Assembly (NCBI GenBank): GCA_023380635.1
Contig: JAMCRP010000001.1
Span: 22,613-86,612, forward strand
DNA from: Patescibacteria group bacterium
GTDB lineage: Bacteria; Patescibacteriota; Microgenomatia; JAMCZE01
Reading direction: 5' to 3'
DNA: 64,000 nt
The notes under the pieces are model-generated. The model worked only from the letters and a program-made list of their open reading frames with translations, did not search any database and was not told where the DNA came from. This document shows positions 31,073 to 40,962 of the stretch, piece by piece. The position numbers and the translations under genes are program-made. Position 1 is the first letter of the stretch, and every line of letters starts with the position of its first letter.

Positions 31073-31772
31073 ACTTTTTCAAAACCTGCTGATACCAATC
31101 GATGAAAGTTTTTCCTAAGCCGGGATTTTGGTCGGTGATGACATTAATCTGATAACCAGTTGGCGACGGTACTAACCCGGGGGTGTAGGACGGGTCTTTA
31201 CCTATAACGGTGATTTTTTGTTCGGAATCATCAATTGGGGCGTTGGGGTTTGCTTTGAGAGTTTCTGCTGCTTTTTGGGCGTCAGCTTCTTTGCCAGCCG
31301 GAAAAGAAATAATCCGAAAGGTAGTATAGCCTTCTATTTTTTGGCGAGCGTCCTGAACCAGTTGCTGATCGTAAGTGAATATTCGGGCCAAAGCCGGGTC
31401 AGTAATGACTTTTCCTTCCGCAGTAAAGGCGCCGGACTTTTCGGCCTCTTGTTTAACTTGGTTCAAGTCAATTTTAAGATTAGGTGCTTCAGCCTCGAGA
31501 ATTTTTCGCTGCTGAACGCGGCTTTTGGCAATGAATTCCAAGGCTTCTTTACTGGGTTTTGCCGACCCTGAGCCGGTCTGAACAGGCTTTTGGAGCAATT
31601 CTTCCAGTTTTTCTGCCTGGGCCAGTTCGTCGGCGGAGACGGTAATTTTCTTTTTGGTAATATTTGTAATTGGCGGCCTTAAGGCACCTCTTTTATAAAG
31701 CACAATCCCCGCCCCTATGCCCGCGACCAAAATAATAATTATTAAGATTATCGGGAGCTTTTTAATTTTCAT
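31056..31772 (-). CDS. Membrane-anchored hypothetical protein (N-terminal TM, extracytoplasmic helical domain)
   Basis: MKIKKLPIILIIIILVAGIGAGIVLY anchor; 238 aa; overlaps flanking genes by a few nt, suggesting co-transcription with the surface-protein genes. Confidence 0.5.
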   Translation of the reverse strand: MKIKKLPIILIIIILVAGIGAGIVLYKRGALRPPITNITKKKITVSADELAQAEKLEELLQKPVQTGSGSAKPSKEALEFIAKSRVQQRKILEAEAPNLKIDLNQVKQEAEKSGAFTAEGKVITDPALARIFTYDQQLVQDARQKIEGYTTFRIISFPAGKEADAQKAAETLKANPNAPIDDSEQKITVIGKDPSYTPGLVPSPTGYQINVITDQNPGLGKTFIDWYQQVLKKYEISS

Positions 31773-33761
31773 TTAGTTTTTTAAATCAATAAAACAGTTA
31801 GAGGTACAACGGTCGGAAATGTTACTCCCCACCACTGTACCATAGACATCGCCCCCTTGCACCTGCCACCAGGGGGGCGGTACCACCTGGATATTGGCCG
31901 TGGTGGCTGAGCACTGGGAGCCGCCGTTAGTTAAGGTGGCCGTGGCGCTAATGTTGGCCGTTTGGGGGCTGGTGACTTTGACGGCCGAAACGATGGCCGT
32001 GGGGTTAGCCGACGGGTCATCGACAGTAATGGCCCCAGTATTGGAAGAAACCCAGTTAATTGAACTAACCGTGGCCGGGCCGGTAATGACCGGAATAGCC
32101 GTAATGCTCCCCTTTCTGTTGAAGTAGAAGGGATTAGGAATGGTAGGGTTTAAAGTCAGGGTACAGGTGGGACTGATAACGGTGATGGGGGCTGTTACCG
32201 GGGTGGAAGCGGTGCAAGTTCCTCCCCCGACAGCCAGGGTGGCTGTCACCGTTACCGTCGTGCTGCCGGCGTAGTTGGCGTGAATGGTGGCCGGGTTGGT
32301 GGTCGGAGTGGTAATCGTGGCGGCGGCCCCGGAGGTCGGGGTCCAGGAAAAAGTCGCGGCCTGCCCGGCAGGAAGAGTGTTTAAAGTCGTGGAAATGGTG
32401 CGATCCTGACTGACATAAAAAGTGCCGGAAGGACTTAAAACCGGGGTGGTTAAAGTGCAGGTAGGGGCCGCGACGGTGACACAAACAGTGTTGGAACAGG
32501 TATTGGTTCCGGGAGAAAGCGGGGCTGAGGCCGTAAAGCAGGTTTGGCCCACGGTCGTCGCACTGGCCCGGATAGTTACAGTACTACCAGTCGTCCCTCC
32601 GGTAAAGTCAGCTGAGGTTCCGGAAGTCCGGGTCCAGGTAATCGTTCCCAGCGTACCGCCGCTGGCGGCAAAATTAGCCGTCAAAGTCCCGGTGTTACCT
32701 AACTGAAAGGGGCTAGGAACATTCGTGGAAATGGTATTGCTAGCGCAAGTGGCCGGAGCCGGAGCGGAAACGGTGATTTGTTTAGCACTGCCGAGGCCAC
32801 AATAGCTCCAGCCGGTGGGATACCCAAAAGGGTTACCGGTGCACCGGCCGTAAGACGCGGCGGAGTTCACCCGGTTGTAGCCTTGGCAATAAACCCAGTA
32901 GGTCCCGGGATTTTGGAAAGTAAGTTGGGTGTTAACGGGGTTAGTCAGTTTAAGGCTGGTATTGGTGGTACTGCCGACCGTGCCATAGGGGCCACTGGCA
33001 TTGTTAGTGGAAGTGGGGCTGGTCCACAGATCGATCATGGTAGCCCCGTTAGCCGGGGTGTTAGTAAAAGTAACCGGCGTGCCGGTAGTGGCTGTTGCCG
33101 GTCCGGACACGGTGCAGGTGGGGTTACAGTAGACAGGCTGGTTACAGGCATCAGCACAGTTACTGATTTCGTTACAGGAACCAGCCGGAACACAGGAACC
33201 GTCAGCCGGGACCCAAAGACATTGTCCCCAGGCAACATCGCCATATTGCTGTAAAGTGGGGTCGCTGTGGACGGCCCGGGGCGGGCTGCCGGGATTGTTG
33301 TAAATATCCTTACACATGGCTTCAGTCCCCACATTTTCCGGCAAAAGGCAAACCGGGGTCCCGTTTAGGTCCAAGGGGTCGCGCCATTCGTGGTTTAAAT
33401 TTGTTCCGGCCGGCGGGCAGGATAGCCCGCTGCAGCCTGCAGAAGGTTGTAAAGTGCATTTTCCGGTACAAACACTGGTCGTGCCGCTACACATTTGCTT
33501 AGCTTCGGTATTAGTATCGCAGTAATAGATTTCTTGACCGCAGAAAGCATTTCCAACAGTACACTTAGAGGAAATTTGAACCCAACCTCCATTAGTAGAA
33601 CAGCCACTGCCGTAATATTCTCCACCAGAACAGGAGTCACAAGTCCAACTTGAGTAACTTTGAAATTGGCAGCCGGCAAGCACGATATTTTTAGAAAAGA
33701 GAAAAAGAAAGCCTATCAATACAAAGGCAAATATAGCTAAAACTAACCGGCGAAGAGCCAT
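31773..33761 (-). CDS. Large secreted Cys- and Thr/Ser/Gly-rich surface protein (paralog A of the gene at 47477-49453)
   Basis: N-terminal TM/signal, Cys-rich N-domain, long Thr/Gly/Ser-rich Ig-like repeats with PTCTLT junctions, conserved C-terminus PPPWWQVQGGDVYGTVVGSNIS; 662 aa; residues ~94-428 identical to paralog B. Confidence 0.6.
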   Translation of the reverse strand: MALRRLVLAIFAFVLIGFLFLFSKNIVLAGCQFQSYSSWTCDSCSGGEYYGSGCSTNGGWVQISSKCTVGNAFCGQEIYYCDTNTEAKQMCSGTTSVCTGKCTLQPSAGCSGLSCPPAGTNLNHEWRDPLDLNGTPVCLLPENVGTEAMCKDIYNNPGSPPRAVHSDPTLQQYGDVAWGQCLWVPADGSCVPAGSCNEISNCADACNQPVYCNPTCTVSGPATATTGTPVTFTNTPANGATMIDLWTSPTSTNNASGPYGTVGSTTNTSLKLTNPVNTQLTFQNPGTYWVYCQGYNRVNSAASYGRCTGNPFGYPTGWSYCGLGSAKQITVSAPAPATCASNTISTNVPSPFQLGNTGTLTANFAASGGTLGTITWTRTSGTSADFTGGTTGSTVTIRASATTVGQTCFTASAPLSPGTNTCSNTVCVTVAAPTCTLTTPVLSPSGTFYVSQDRTISTTLNTLPAGQAATFSWTPTSGAAATITTPTTNPATIHANYAGSTTVTVTATLAVGGGTCTASTPVTAPITVISPTCTLTLNPTIPNPFYFNRKGSITAIPVITGPATVSSINWVSSNTGAITVDDPSANPTAIVSAVKVTSPQTANISATATLTNGGSQCSATTANIQVVPPPWWQVQGGDVYGTVVGSNISDRCTSNCFIDLKN
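32473..33479. repeat. ~1007-bp tract exactly identical to 48177-49183 (offset 15704 bp) within the paralogous surface-protein genes
   Basis: Track ORFs 32422-32706/48126-48410, 32778-33254/48482-48958 and 33035-33334/48739-49038 translate identically. Manual alignment shows exact identity from 32473/48177 to 33479/49183. Flanks are ~80 percent identical on one side and diverge within ~30 bp on the other. Confidence 0.8.
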
Positions 33762-33807
33762 TAATTCAGATTAGCCTTTTTACTCCCCGGCCGTCAAGAG
33801 GATTTAT

Positions 33808-34398
33808 TTATTTCTTGGAAGACAAGTTCTGAAGGCTTTGAGCGGCTTTAACAAAAGCGAGATGATCGGGCATGGGCTTGTTTCCATCCAGGACGGTTCG
33901 CTGTTCCCAGTGAACTCCTCCGTCGACTGAGGACCAAATGCCAAAACCGGTATTAAAAGAAGGATAGACGCCCATAACATAAATGTCTTTTCCCAAAGCG
34001 ACACCGTCTTTAAAGAAACCTATGGCTTCCCCTTTAATCCCCGGGGTCGGGTCTTTGGTTTCGCTCAGAGATGTCCGGTACCATTGCTGAGAGCCTATTT
34101 CCCGTACTAAAACCGATCCCGGAAAGCTGCCGGCAGGATCGTTAGAGTTAAGCATCATAATTTCCGTCCTATGAGTCAGATCTTGAATCTTTTTTCCGCC
34201 ATACAAATGGGCGAGATCTTCGGGCTTATTGCCGGGTAGAGGGACGTACGCGCCAAAAACGGTGACATTCACGGTTTTAGCTTCAAGTTCTTGTGCGGGC
34301 AGAGAATGAACGACAGCTGCACCGCCAATGGCCATCCCGGTAGCAACACCAGCTATGACCCCGGTCTTAGCAAGTTTGTCTCTAGTTTCTTGCCCCAT
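33808..34398 (-). CDS. Membrane-anchored hypothetical protein with a BNR/Asp-box-like motif (SSVDGGVHW)
   Basis: N-terminal TM (GVIAGVATGMAIGGAAVV); S-x-D-G-G-x-x-W near C-terminus; 196 aa. Confidence 0.45.
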   Translation of the reverse strand: MGQETRDKLAKTGVIAGVATGMAIGGAAVVHSLPAQELEAKTVNVTVFGAYVPLPGNKPEDLAHLYGGKKIQDLTHRTEIMMLNSNDPAGSFPGSVLVREIGSQQWYRTSLSETKDPTPGIKGEAIGFFKDGVALGKDIYVMGVYPSFNTGFGIWSSVDGGVHWEQRTVLDGNKPMPDHLAFVKAAQSLQNLSSKK

Positions 34399-34448
34399 AG
34401 TTTTAATAATAAATTATAAGCATACTTTGTTTTATGTGTCAAGTATTT

Positions 34449-35417
34449 TTAATAACCCACGCACTGGAAAGCTGACGCGGAAGTTAACAGACGCTCAACT
34501 TCCTTAGGACTTTTGTCATAAAGTTTCCCCAAGCGGGTAAAGAGTTCTTCGGCGGGCATGCGATGGCCAAGACGGTTGGCCGGGTCTTCCCGGACCCAAT
34601 TTCGGTTGCTGTTAACCATGGCGGCAAAAAGATGCGGTTTATCCGGCTGGTTGAATTGCGCTGCGGCAGCGCGGAAAGCTTCGGCTCCGGCGTCATAATC
34701 AAAAGACCCGGTACTGTTAAGGCGGCAACCCTTAAATTTTGGGGTTTTGATCTCCGGGGTAAAAGCGTGGCTCGCCTCCAACTCGGCAAAGCGGGCGGTA
34801 GATTCTTCCATTCCCTGCCAAGGTTGGCCTTTCCATTCCAGTTCGATCAGTTCGTGAGTCCATTCATGGATAATCTGACCGGGGCTGCCCAGTTCTACCC
34901 GTCCGAAATATTTAAAGCCCCACCCCCCATCATTAATGCGGACAATATTAATATTCGGCAAAGTGCTTTCCAGGTATTGTGGCTCAACTCCCAAGCGCAA
35001 AAAAGTAAAAACTCCCACATAAGCGTCGGCCCGGACATAGCCCTTTTCTTCTTCAGTCCAGGGAATAATCTTTGCTCCTCCGAGGCTCGGAGCATTTTCA
35101 AAGGGCAGCTTGGCGACAATTTCCCGGGCAATCTGGTCAAAGCGGTCAAACTCTTCCATGCCGACAGCCGCCTGAGCTGTGGCCCGAATGTTTTTCTCCG
35201 GCTGGCTCTCGGGAAGCGGTGGTAATTCTACCGGAGATATTTCTGCAGCCGGAGGCAGATTTGGCTGGTCATGGGAGAGAAAACGGCTAAGGAAATTGAT
35301 GGCCGGTCTGGCCATAAAAGCTGTTCCCGCAGTAATAATAAGGGCTGACAAGCCCAGTTCTACTTTGCGTTTAGTGGCTTTTCCCAAGCCAAATTCCGCT
35401 GGCGACGCATCATTCAT
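34449..35417 (-). CDS. Putative secreted/membrane-anchored zinc metallopeptidase-like protein (HExxH motif)
   Basis: IHEWTHELIE contains HExxH; N-terminal hydrophobic anchor (LGLSALIITAGTAFMA); 322 aa; divergently oriented to pilB. Confidence 0.5.
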   Translation of the reverse strand: MNDASPAEFGLGKATKRKVELGLSALIITAGTAFMARPAINFLSRFLSHDQPNLPPAAEISPVELPPLPESQPEKNIRATAQAAVGMEEFDRFDQIAREIVAKLPFENAPSLGGAKIIPWTEEEKGYVRADAYVGVFTFLRLGVEPQYLESTLPNINIVRINDGGWGFKYFGRVELGSPGQIIHEWTHELIELEWKGQPWQGMEESTARFAELEASHAFTPEIKTPKFKGCRLNSTGSFDYDAGAEAFRAAAAQFNQPDKPHLFAAMVNSNRNWVREDPANRLGHRMPAEELFTRLGKLYDKSPKEVERLLTSASAFQCVGY

Positions 35418-35491
35418 AGCTGGTTCTTTCCATCTTACACCCTTTTTCCCGCTTTGACAGGGGTTTAAGAAACATAGTACATTAATAGTGT

Positions 35492-37243
35492 ATGCCCGAT
35501 ACTGCCCAGGTACCGGTAGATGGTGCCGCTTCCCAGAACCGCTCGATTGAGGATGTCCTTTTTGAGAACAAACTGATTACGCCCGACCAGTTAAATCTGG
35601 TCAAGCTGGAATCGGTTAATTCCGGCAAACCCATCGAACAGATTCTGAAAGACCATGGCTTTGCCTCCAGCCAGGACATTATTAAAGCCCGTTCGGAAGT
35701 TCTGGGGATTCCCTACGCTGATCTTTCCGCCAAGGCAATTTTGCCGGAAGTTTTAGGTTTGGTGCCGGAAACTGTGGCCCGGCGCTATCAGGCGGTGCCG
35801 TTCCAGCTGGACCAGTCCGGGGAAACGCTGTCAGTGGCCATGGCCGACCCGCTGGATATTAACGCCATTTCCTTTCTGGAGAAAAAAACCGGTAAGAAAA
35901 TCCGGCCGTTCCTGTCCGCTCCGGAAATTATCAAATCCCTGGTCGACGAACGCTATAACCAGAACTTAACGACGGAAGTGTCGGCGGCTTTGGAGGAAGC
36001 CCCGACGGTGGGTGAATCTGCCGGAGCGGATCTTAGCAAAGTGGAAGGAATTATCCGGGACGCGCCGGTAGCCAAAATCGCTTCTTCCCTTTTGGATTTT
36101 GCCATCAAGTCCCGGGCTTCGGATATCCATATTGAACCTCTGGAGACTCACACCCGGGTGCGTTACCGCATTGACGGTATTCTTTACGAGAAGCTGGTTC
36201 TGCCTTCCCGGATCCACGACGCTCTGGTTTCCCGCATAAAAATTATGTCGGAGCTCAAAATTGACGAAAAAAGGGTGCCTCAAGATGGCCGGTTTAATTA
36301 TAAAAGCGGCGGCAACGAAGTCGATGTCCGGGTGTCAACGCTGCCGACAGCTTTCGGCGAGAAAGTGGTCATGCGGCTATTGCGCAAAAGCGGCGGTGTT
36401 CCCACCTTGCAGGATTTAGGATTGCGCGGCCTGGCGCTTAAAAATCTGGAAACGGCCATTTTGCGTCCTCACGGGATTATTATTGTCTGCGGGCCGACCG
36501 GTTCCGGGAAAACCACGACTTTATACTCCGTTTTGTCGAAAATTAATTCCACTAAAGTAAATATCGTTACTTTGGAAGATCCGGTTGAATACCAAATTGG
36601 CGGGGTCAACCAGGTGCAGATTAACCCGGCCGCGGGACTGACTTTTGCCACCGGGCTGCGGTCGTTTTTACGCCAGGATCCTAATGTTATTCTTGTCGGT
36701 GAAATCCGGGACGGCGAAACGACCGATCTGGCCATTCAGGCTGCCCTGACGGGTCATCTGGTCTTCTCGACTTTGCACACCAGCAATGCTTCCGGAGCTA
36801 TTCCCCGCCTTTTGGATCTGGGCGGCGAGGCGTTTCTTCTGGCTTCATCCATGAACGCCATGGTCGGTCAAAGAATTTTGCGTAAAATCTGTCCCAAGTG
36901 CAAAGAGCCTTATGAACCGCCGGAAATTATGGCCAACGACATCCGCACGGTTTTAGGCAAATACCTCACTCCCGATAAACTGGTTAACGGCAAACTGATG
37001 CTTTATAAAGGCAAGGGTTGTTCGGAATGCGGCGACTCCGGGTTTTTGGGCCGGGTGGGAATTTTTGAAGTCTTACCGGTGACGGATAAAATTGCCAAAC
37101 TGGTCTTGACCCGGGCGGACGCGGGAGAAATTGAAAGACAGGCTGTGGAAGAAGGCATGATGCCGATGAAAGTTGATGGGTACCTTAAGGCCGTTGAGGG
37201 AGTAACGACAATTGAAGAAGTGCTGCGCGTAGCGCAAGACTAA
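35492..37243 (+). CDS. pilB: Type IV pilus assembly ATPase PilB (GspE family)
   Basis: N-terminal GSPII domain, Walker A VCGPTGSGKTTTLYS, Asp box, Walker B, tetracysteine motif CPKC...CSEC; 583 aa. Confidence 0.9.
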   Translation: MPDTAQVPVDGAASQNRSIEDVLFENKLITPDQLNLVKLESVNSGKPIEQILKDHGFASSQDIIKARSEVLGIPYADLSAKAILPEVLGLVPETVARRYQAVPFQLDQSGETLSVAMADPLDINAISFLEKKTGKKIRPFLSAPEIIKSLVDERYNQNLTTEVSAALEEAPTVGESAGADLSKVEGIIRDAPVAKIASSLLDFAIKSRASDIHIEPLETHTRVRYRIDGILYEKLVLPSRIHDALVSRIKIMSELKIDEKRVPQDGRFNYKSGGNEVDVRVSTLPTAFGEKVVMRLLRKSGGVPTLQDLGLRGLALKNLETAILRPHGIIIVCGPTGSGKTTTLYSVLSKINSTKVNIVTLEDPVEYQIGGVNQVQINPAAGLTFATGLRSFLRQDPNVILVGEIRDGETTDLAIQAALTGHLVFSTLHTSNASGAIPRLLDLGGEAFLLASSMNAMVGQRILRKICPKCKEPYEPPEIMANDIRTVLGKYLTPDKLVNGKLMLYKGKGCSECGDSGFLGRVGIFEVLPVTDKIAKLVLTRADAGEIERQAVEEGMMPMKVDGYLKAVEGVTTIEEVLRVAQD

Positions 37244-37244
37244 A

Positions 37245-38312
37245 ATGACAATACAATCACTTTTACAAACTACAATTGACCGGAACGCTTCGGATTTACA
37301 TTTAATTTCGGGTTATCCGTCTACAATCCGGATTGACGGCAATCTCCTCCCTTTGCAACCGGAACCGCTTTCTGACACTGATATCGCCCAAATGCTTTCC
37401 GTCTTTTTAACTCCTGACCAAAAAAAGATTTTTGAACAGAACCACGAACTGGATTTTGGCTACACTTTCGGTAAAGGCAGGTTCCGGATTAATACCTACT
37501 ACCAGAAAGGAGCGCCGGCAGTCGCTTTCCGGTTAATCCCGCTAAGCGTTCGTAAAATCGACGAACTGAACTTGCACCCGGCCTGCCACGATCTGGCGGC
37601 GTTAAAACAGGGTTTTGTCCTGGTGACCGGGCCGACAGGCCACGGTAAGTCCACAACCATTGCTGCCATCATTGAGGAAATTAACGAAAATTTTGGCGGC
37701 CACATTCTGACCGTTGAAGACCCGATCGAGTATATTTTCTCTCCGGCCAAGGCAATTGTTTCTCAGAGAGAAGTCGGCGGTGACACCCATTCCTGGAATA
37801 ATGCCTTGCGGGCAGCTCTTCGCGAAGACCCGAATGTGGTGTTTATCGGGGAAATGCGGGATTTCGAAACAATTGAGGCGGCTTTGACGATCGCCGAGAC
37901 CGGGCATCTGGTTTTTGCTACGCTGCACACCAACTCTGCCGCCCAGTCTATCGACCGGGTGGTGTCCGTTTTTCCGGAAGCCCAACAGGCGCAGGTGCGG
38001 CTTCAGCTTTCCAATACGCTGGAAGCAATTATTTCTCAGCGGCTGGTGCCGATGGTAAGTTCCGGCCGGGTTCCGGCGATGGAAGTGCTTCTGGGTTCTT
38101 CGGCGGTCCGGTCGGTGATCCGGGAAGGCAAAACCCATCTGCTGGATAACATTATCCAGACTTCTATGGACGCCGGAATGTGTACTATGGATATGTCCCT
38201 GGCCCGCCTGGCCGCCGCCGGCAAAATTTCCTACGAGACAGCCCTGGCCTATGCCAATTCTCCTGAAGACCTGAACGGAATTATCAAGAGTAAATCAGTA
38301 ACGGGTTTGTAA
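37245..38312 (+). CDS. pilT: Type IV pilus retraction ATPase PilT
   Basis: Walker A LVTGPTGHGKSTT, GEMRD, AETGHLVFATLHTNSAAQ; 355 aa. Confidence 0.9.
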   Translation: MTIQSLLQTTIDRNASDLHLISGYPSTIRIDGNLLPLQPEPLSDTDIAQMLSVFLTPDQKKIFEQNHELDFGYTFGKGRFRINTYYQKGAPAVAFRLIPLSVRKIDELNLHPACHDLAALKQGFVLVTGPTGHGKSTTIAAIIEEINENFGGHILTVEDPIEYIFSPAKAIVSQREVGGDTHSWNNALRAALREDPNVVFIGEMRDFETIEAALTIAETGHLVFATLHTNSAAQSIDRVVSVFPEAQQAQVRLQLSNTLEAIISQRLVPMVSSGRVPAMEVLLGSSAVRSVIREGKTHLLDNIIQTSMDAGMCTMDMSLARLAAAGKISYETALAYANSPEDLNGIIKSKSVTGL

Positions 38313-38320
38313 AGCCTACT

Positions 38321-39532
38321 ATGAAACAGTTCACCTATCGCATTCGCAAGCCTGACGGGGTGATTGCTACCGGGGTAATTGAAAGCGTTTCTCCGCAGAC
38401 AGCAGCCCGGACTCTTCAGGAGCGTAAATACCTGGTCTTAAACATCGCCGAAAAACGCAGCTGGGATATAAATAGTATTCTGGGCAGTTTTGGCCAAAAA
38501 GCCTCTTCCCGGGAAATCGCCCAGTTTACCCGGCTGCTGGCAACAATGCTTTCGACCGGATTACCGCTGACCGACGCTCTTTCCAATCTGGTAAGCCAGG
38601 CAAAAAACGGCTATTTTCGGGAAGTACTGCAGACAATCATGCATGATGTCCAGGGGGGCGTGGCTCTTTCCGAAGCCATGAACCGTCACCCCAAGGTCTT
38701 TAATGATCTTTATGTCAATCTGGTGAAAGCCGGCGAAGCTTCGGGAAAGGTTGATGAGGCTCTGGCCAAACTGGCGGACACCCTTGAATCCAATCTGGAT
38801 TTTCAGTCCAAGGTTAAAGGGGCCATGATCTACCCGGCAGTGGTGACGGTCGCCATGACCGGCATTGGCTTCTTTATGATCACCAATATCATCCCCCAAA
38901 TCGCTAATGTTTATAAAGAATTCGGGGCCGACTTGCCTCTTCCCACCCGGATTCTGATCGGGATTGCAAATTTTATTACCAATTACACTATTATCGTTGC
39001 CGCGATAATCGGCCTGATTTACTACACTTTCCGGACCCTGAAGAAAAATCCTTCCAGCGAATATTTGATTAACAATTTCTTTTTTAAAATCCCGATTTTC
39101 GGGCCGTTGTCCTGGGAAGTCAATTTGGCGGTGGTCTGCCGGACTTTGGGCACTCTTCTGGCTTCGGGAGTCGCTATTTTAGATGCTTTGCGGATTGTTT
39201 CCAAAACCGTCGGGAATAATTCCTTGCGTTCCGGACTGGTCGAGGCGGCAGCGATGGTGGAAAAAGGCTTGCCTCTTTCTTTGGCTTTGCGGCGCAACGA
39301 AAATTTTCCCATTATGATGTCGCAGCTGATTGCCATCGGCGAAGAAACCGGTACTCTGGATAAAAGTCTGGAGAGGCTCTCAAAATTTTACCAGGACTCG
39401 GCTGAGGTGAAAGTAAAGGCTCTCACGACTCTTCTTGAACCGATAATGATTCTTTTAATGGGCGGCATGGTGGCCGGGTTGGCTCTTGCCGTCTTGTTGC
39501 CAATGTTTAATCTTGTTAATGTTATTAAATAA
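38321..39532 (+). CDS. pilC: Type IV pilus inner-membrane platform protein PilC (GspF family)
   Basis: Two GspF repeats each with a TM segment, conserved LLEPIMILLMGGMVAGLA C-terminus; 403 aa. Confidence 0.9.
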   Translation: MKQFTYRIRKPDGVIATGVIESVSPQTAARTLQERKYLVLNIAEKRSWDINSILGSFGQKASSREIAQFTRLLATMLSTGLPLTDALSNLVSQAKNGYFREVLQTIMHDVQGGVALSEAMNRHPKVFNDLYVNLVKAGEASGKVDEALAKLADTLESNLDFQSKVKGAMIYPAVVTVAMTGIGFFMITNIIPQIANVYKEFGADLPLPTRILIGIANFITNYTIIVAAIIGLIYYTFRTLKKNPSSEYLINNFFFKIPIFGPLSWEVNLAVVCRTLGTLLASGVAILDALRIVSKTVGNNSLRSGLVEAAAMVEKGLPLSLALRRNENFPIMMSQLIAIGEETGTLDKSLERLSKFYQDSAEVKVKALTTLLEPIMILLMGGMVAGLALAVLLPMFNLVNVIK

Positions 39533-39545
39533 AGGAGGTGAAATT

Positions 39546-40025
39546 ATGAAGCAAAGAGGTTTTACTTTAATTGAACTCATGGTAGTAATCTCGGTAATTG
39601 CGATTCTTTCGACGATTGCCCTGTTTGGTTTAAATAAAGCTCAGGCCAGTGCCAGGGATTCTTCCCGGCAACAGATTATGAATGGGATAAGAACTGCTCT
39701 GGAGAGATATTACGGTGACAACCAATTTTATCCGGGACCAGGGGGTGTCGGATATCAATGGAGCGGGGCCTCCGATAGCCCAATAGACACGCTGGTTACA
39801 GGAAAATACCTGGTAATCCCTCCGAAGGATCCTTGTAAAAACGGCACTACAATTCCGAGCACGGGAACGATGGGCGCTTCAGACTGCGCCCCGACAGCTT
39901 ACGCCTATACAGCCACGCAGGCAGACGGAAGCGCGTGTACCACCGCGGATAAAAACTGCACTAAATATACTTTGACTTTAACAAAAGAGGCCGGAGGGAC
40001 CAGCATATTTGTTAGTCCGCAATAA
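39546..40025 (+). CDS. Type IV pilin (prepilin, class III signal) paralog 1
   Basis: MKQRGFTLIELMVVISVIAIL: leader ending in G, then FTLIE with Glu+5. RBS aggagg 8 nt upstream. Track ORF starts earlier at 39486 but the Met at 39546 fits the prepilin leader. Confidence 0.8.
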   Translation: MKQRGFTLIELMVVISVIAILSTIALFGLNKAQASARDSSRQQIMNGIRTALERYYGDNQFYPGPGGVGYQWSGASDSPIDTLVTGKYLVIPPKDPCKNGTTIPSTGTMGASDCAPTAYAYTATQADGSACTTADKNCTKYTLTLTKEAGGTSIFVSPQ

Positions 40026-40028
40026 AGC

Positions 40029-40448
40029 GTGAGGAGAGGGTTTAGTTTAATCGAGATAATGATTGTAGTAGCAGTCGTGGCTCTCTTGGCCACGATTGCC
40101 TTGTTTTCTTTCCGGATCGTCTTGGCTCAGAGTCGGGATGCCAAACGGGCGGCCATCATGCATGATCTGCAGTTCGCCCAGGAACTTTACAAAATCCGCA
40201 ACGAGGAGTATTACTCGACGATTAACACTTTCTGCGGAGTTTACACAGCCTTGGTTAGCGGCAACTATATTACCTATACCCCGGTTGACCCCGGGACCCA
40301 ATCCCCGATCTGCTCTTCAGCCGATGGCGGTAATCCCTTAATCGACAACGCCCTTTATTATTATGTAGCGACGCCGTCTTCGGGAACCTACCTGTTGAAA
40401 TTAGGCAAAGAAGCTGGCGGTTCTGGGGACTTTTTCAGCCCGCAATGA
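40029..40448 (+). CDS. Type IV pilin paralog 2
   Basis: GTG start; [28 protein letters not shown] prepilin N-terminus; 139 aa. Confidence 0.75.
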   Translation: MRRGFSLIEIMIVVAVVALLATIALFSFRIVLAQSRDAKRAAIMHDLQFAQELYKIRNEEYYSTINTFCGVYTALVSGNYITYTPVDPGTQSPICSSADGGNPLIDNALYYYVATPSSGTYLLKLGKEAGGSGDFFSPQ

Positions 40449-40858
40449 AAAAGGGTTTTACCTTGGTTGAATTAATGGTGGTAATTGTGGTGATTTCGAT
40501 TTTAGCCACAATCGGGGTTGTCTCCTTTACCCGGGTTCAGAAGCAGGCCCGGGACAGCAAGAGAAAATCGGAACTGACGGCAATCCAGACGGCCCTTCTG
40601 GCTTTTTTTACCGAAAGAAGAGCCTATCCCGACGGGCTTTCCGAACTTGTCCCGGATTATATTTCCAGTGTGCCGGCAGCGCCGAAAGGAGCGACAGGCA
40701 CCAATCTTGACTACACCTATGTTGTTGACAGCACCCATTTCAAGTATGCCCTGTGCGTTGACCTGGAAACGGCCGGGGCCGGCATGATGCTGAAGGTCGA
40801 CACCCATAACACTACGGGCCGGGAGATGCCCGACGCGCCCTGTGAAATCGATTTTTAG
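40445..40858 (+). CDS. Type IV pilin paralog 3
   Basis: MKKGFTLVELMVVIVVISILATIGVVSF; C-terminal disulfide loop C...C; 137 aa. Confidence 0.8.
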   Translation: MKKGFTLVELMVVIVVISILATIGVVSFTRVQKQARDSKRKSELTAIQTALLAFFTERRAYPDGLSELVPDYISSVPAAPKGATGTNLDYTYVVDSTHFKYALCVDLETAGAGMMLKVDTHNTTGREMPDAPCEIDF

Positions 40859-40868
40859 GGTACGGCCC

Positions 40869-40946
40869 TTGACAAGCGGATTTTTTTATTTCACTATGAA
40901 TACATAGTGGAAAACCTAAAGCCGCCCTCACTAAGGTTATGGCGGC
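40869..40946 (+). promoter_or_regulatory. Candidate promoter (TTGACA ... TATGAAT) plus two hairpins in the leader of pilin paralog 4
   Basis: TTGACA at 40869-40874, TATGAA at 40895-40900 (spacing ~20 bp). Palindrome cactatg-aata-catagtg (40892-40909). gccgcc-N14-ggcggc (40921-40946). Followed by GGGGGG RBS and ATG 40963. Confidence 0.35.
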
Positions 40947-40962
40947 CGAAGGGGGGTGAATC

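Noticed and set aside
32422-33525. Plus- and minus-strand ORFs inside the surface-protein genes (e.g. 32778-33254, 33035-33334 and their copies at 48482-48958, 48739-49038)
   Set aside because: Alternative-frame ORFs produced by the GC/Thr-rich repeat composition of the real minus-strand genes. Useful only as evidence that the two copies are identical.
39486-39545. Upstream extension of pilin 1 ORF (MPSCCQCLILLMLLNKGGEI)
   Set aside because: Overlaps the pilC 3' end. The Met at 39546 is preceded by an AGGAGG RBS and gives a canonical prepilin leader.
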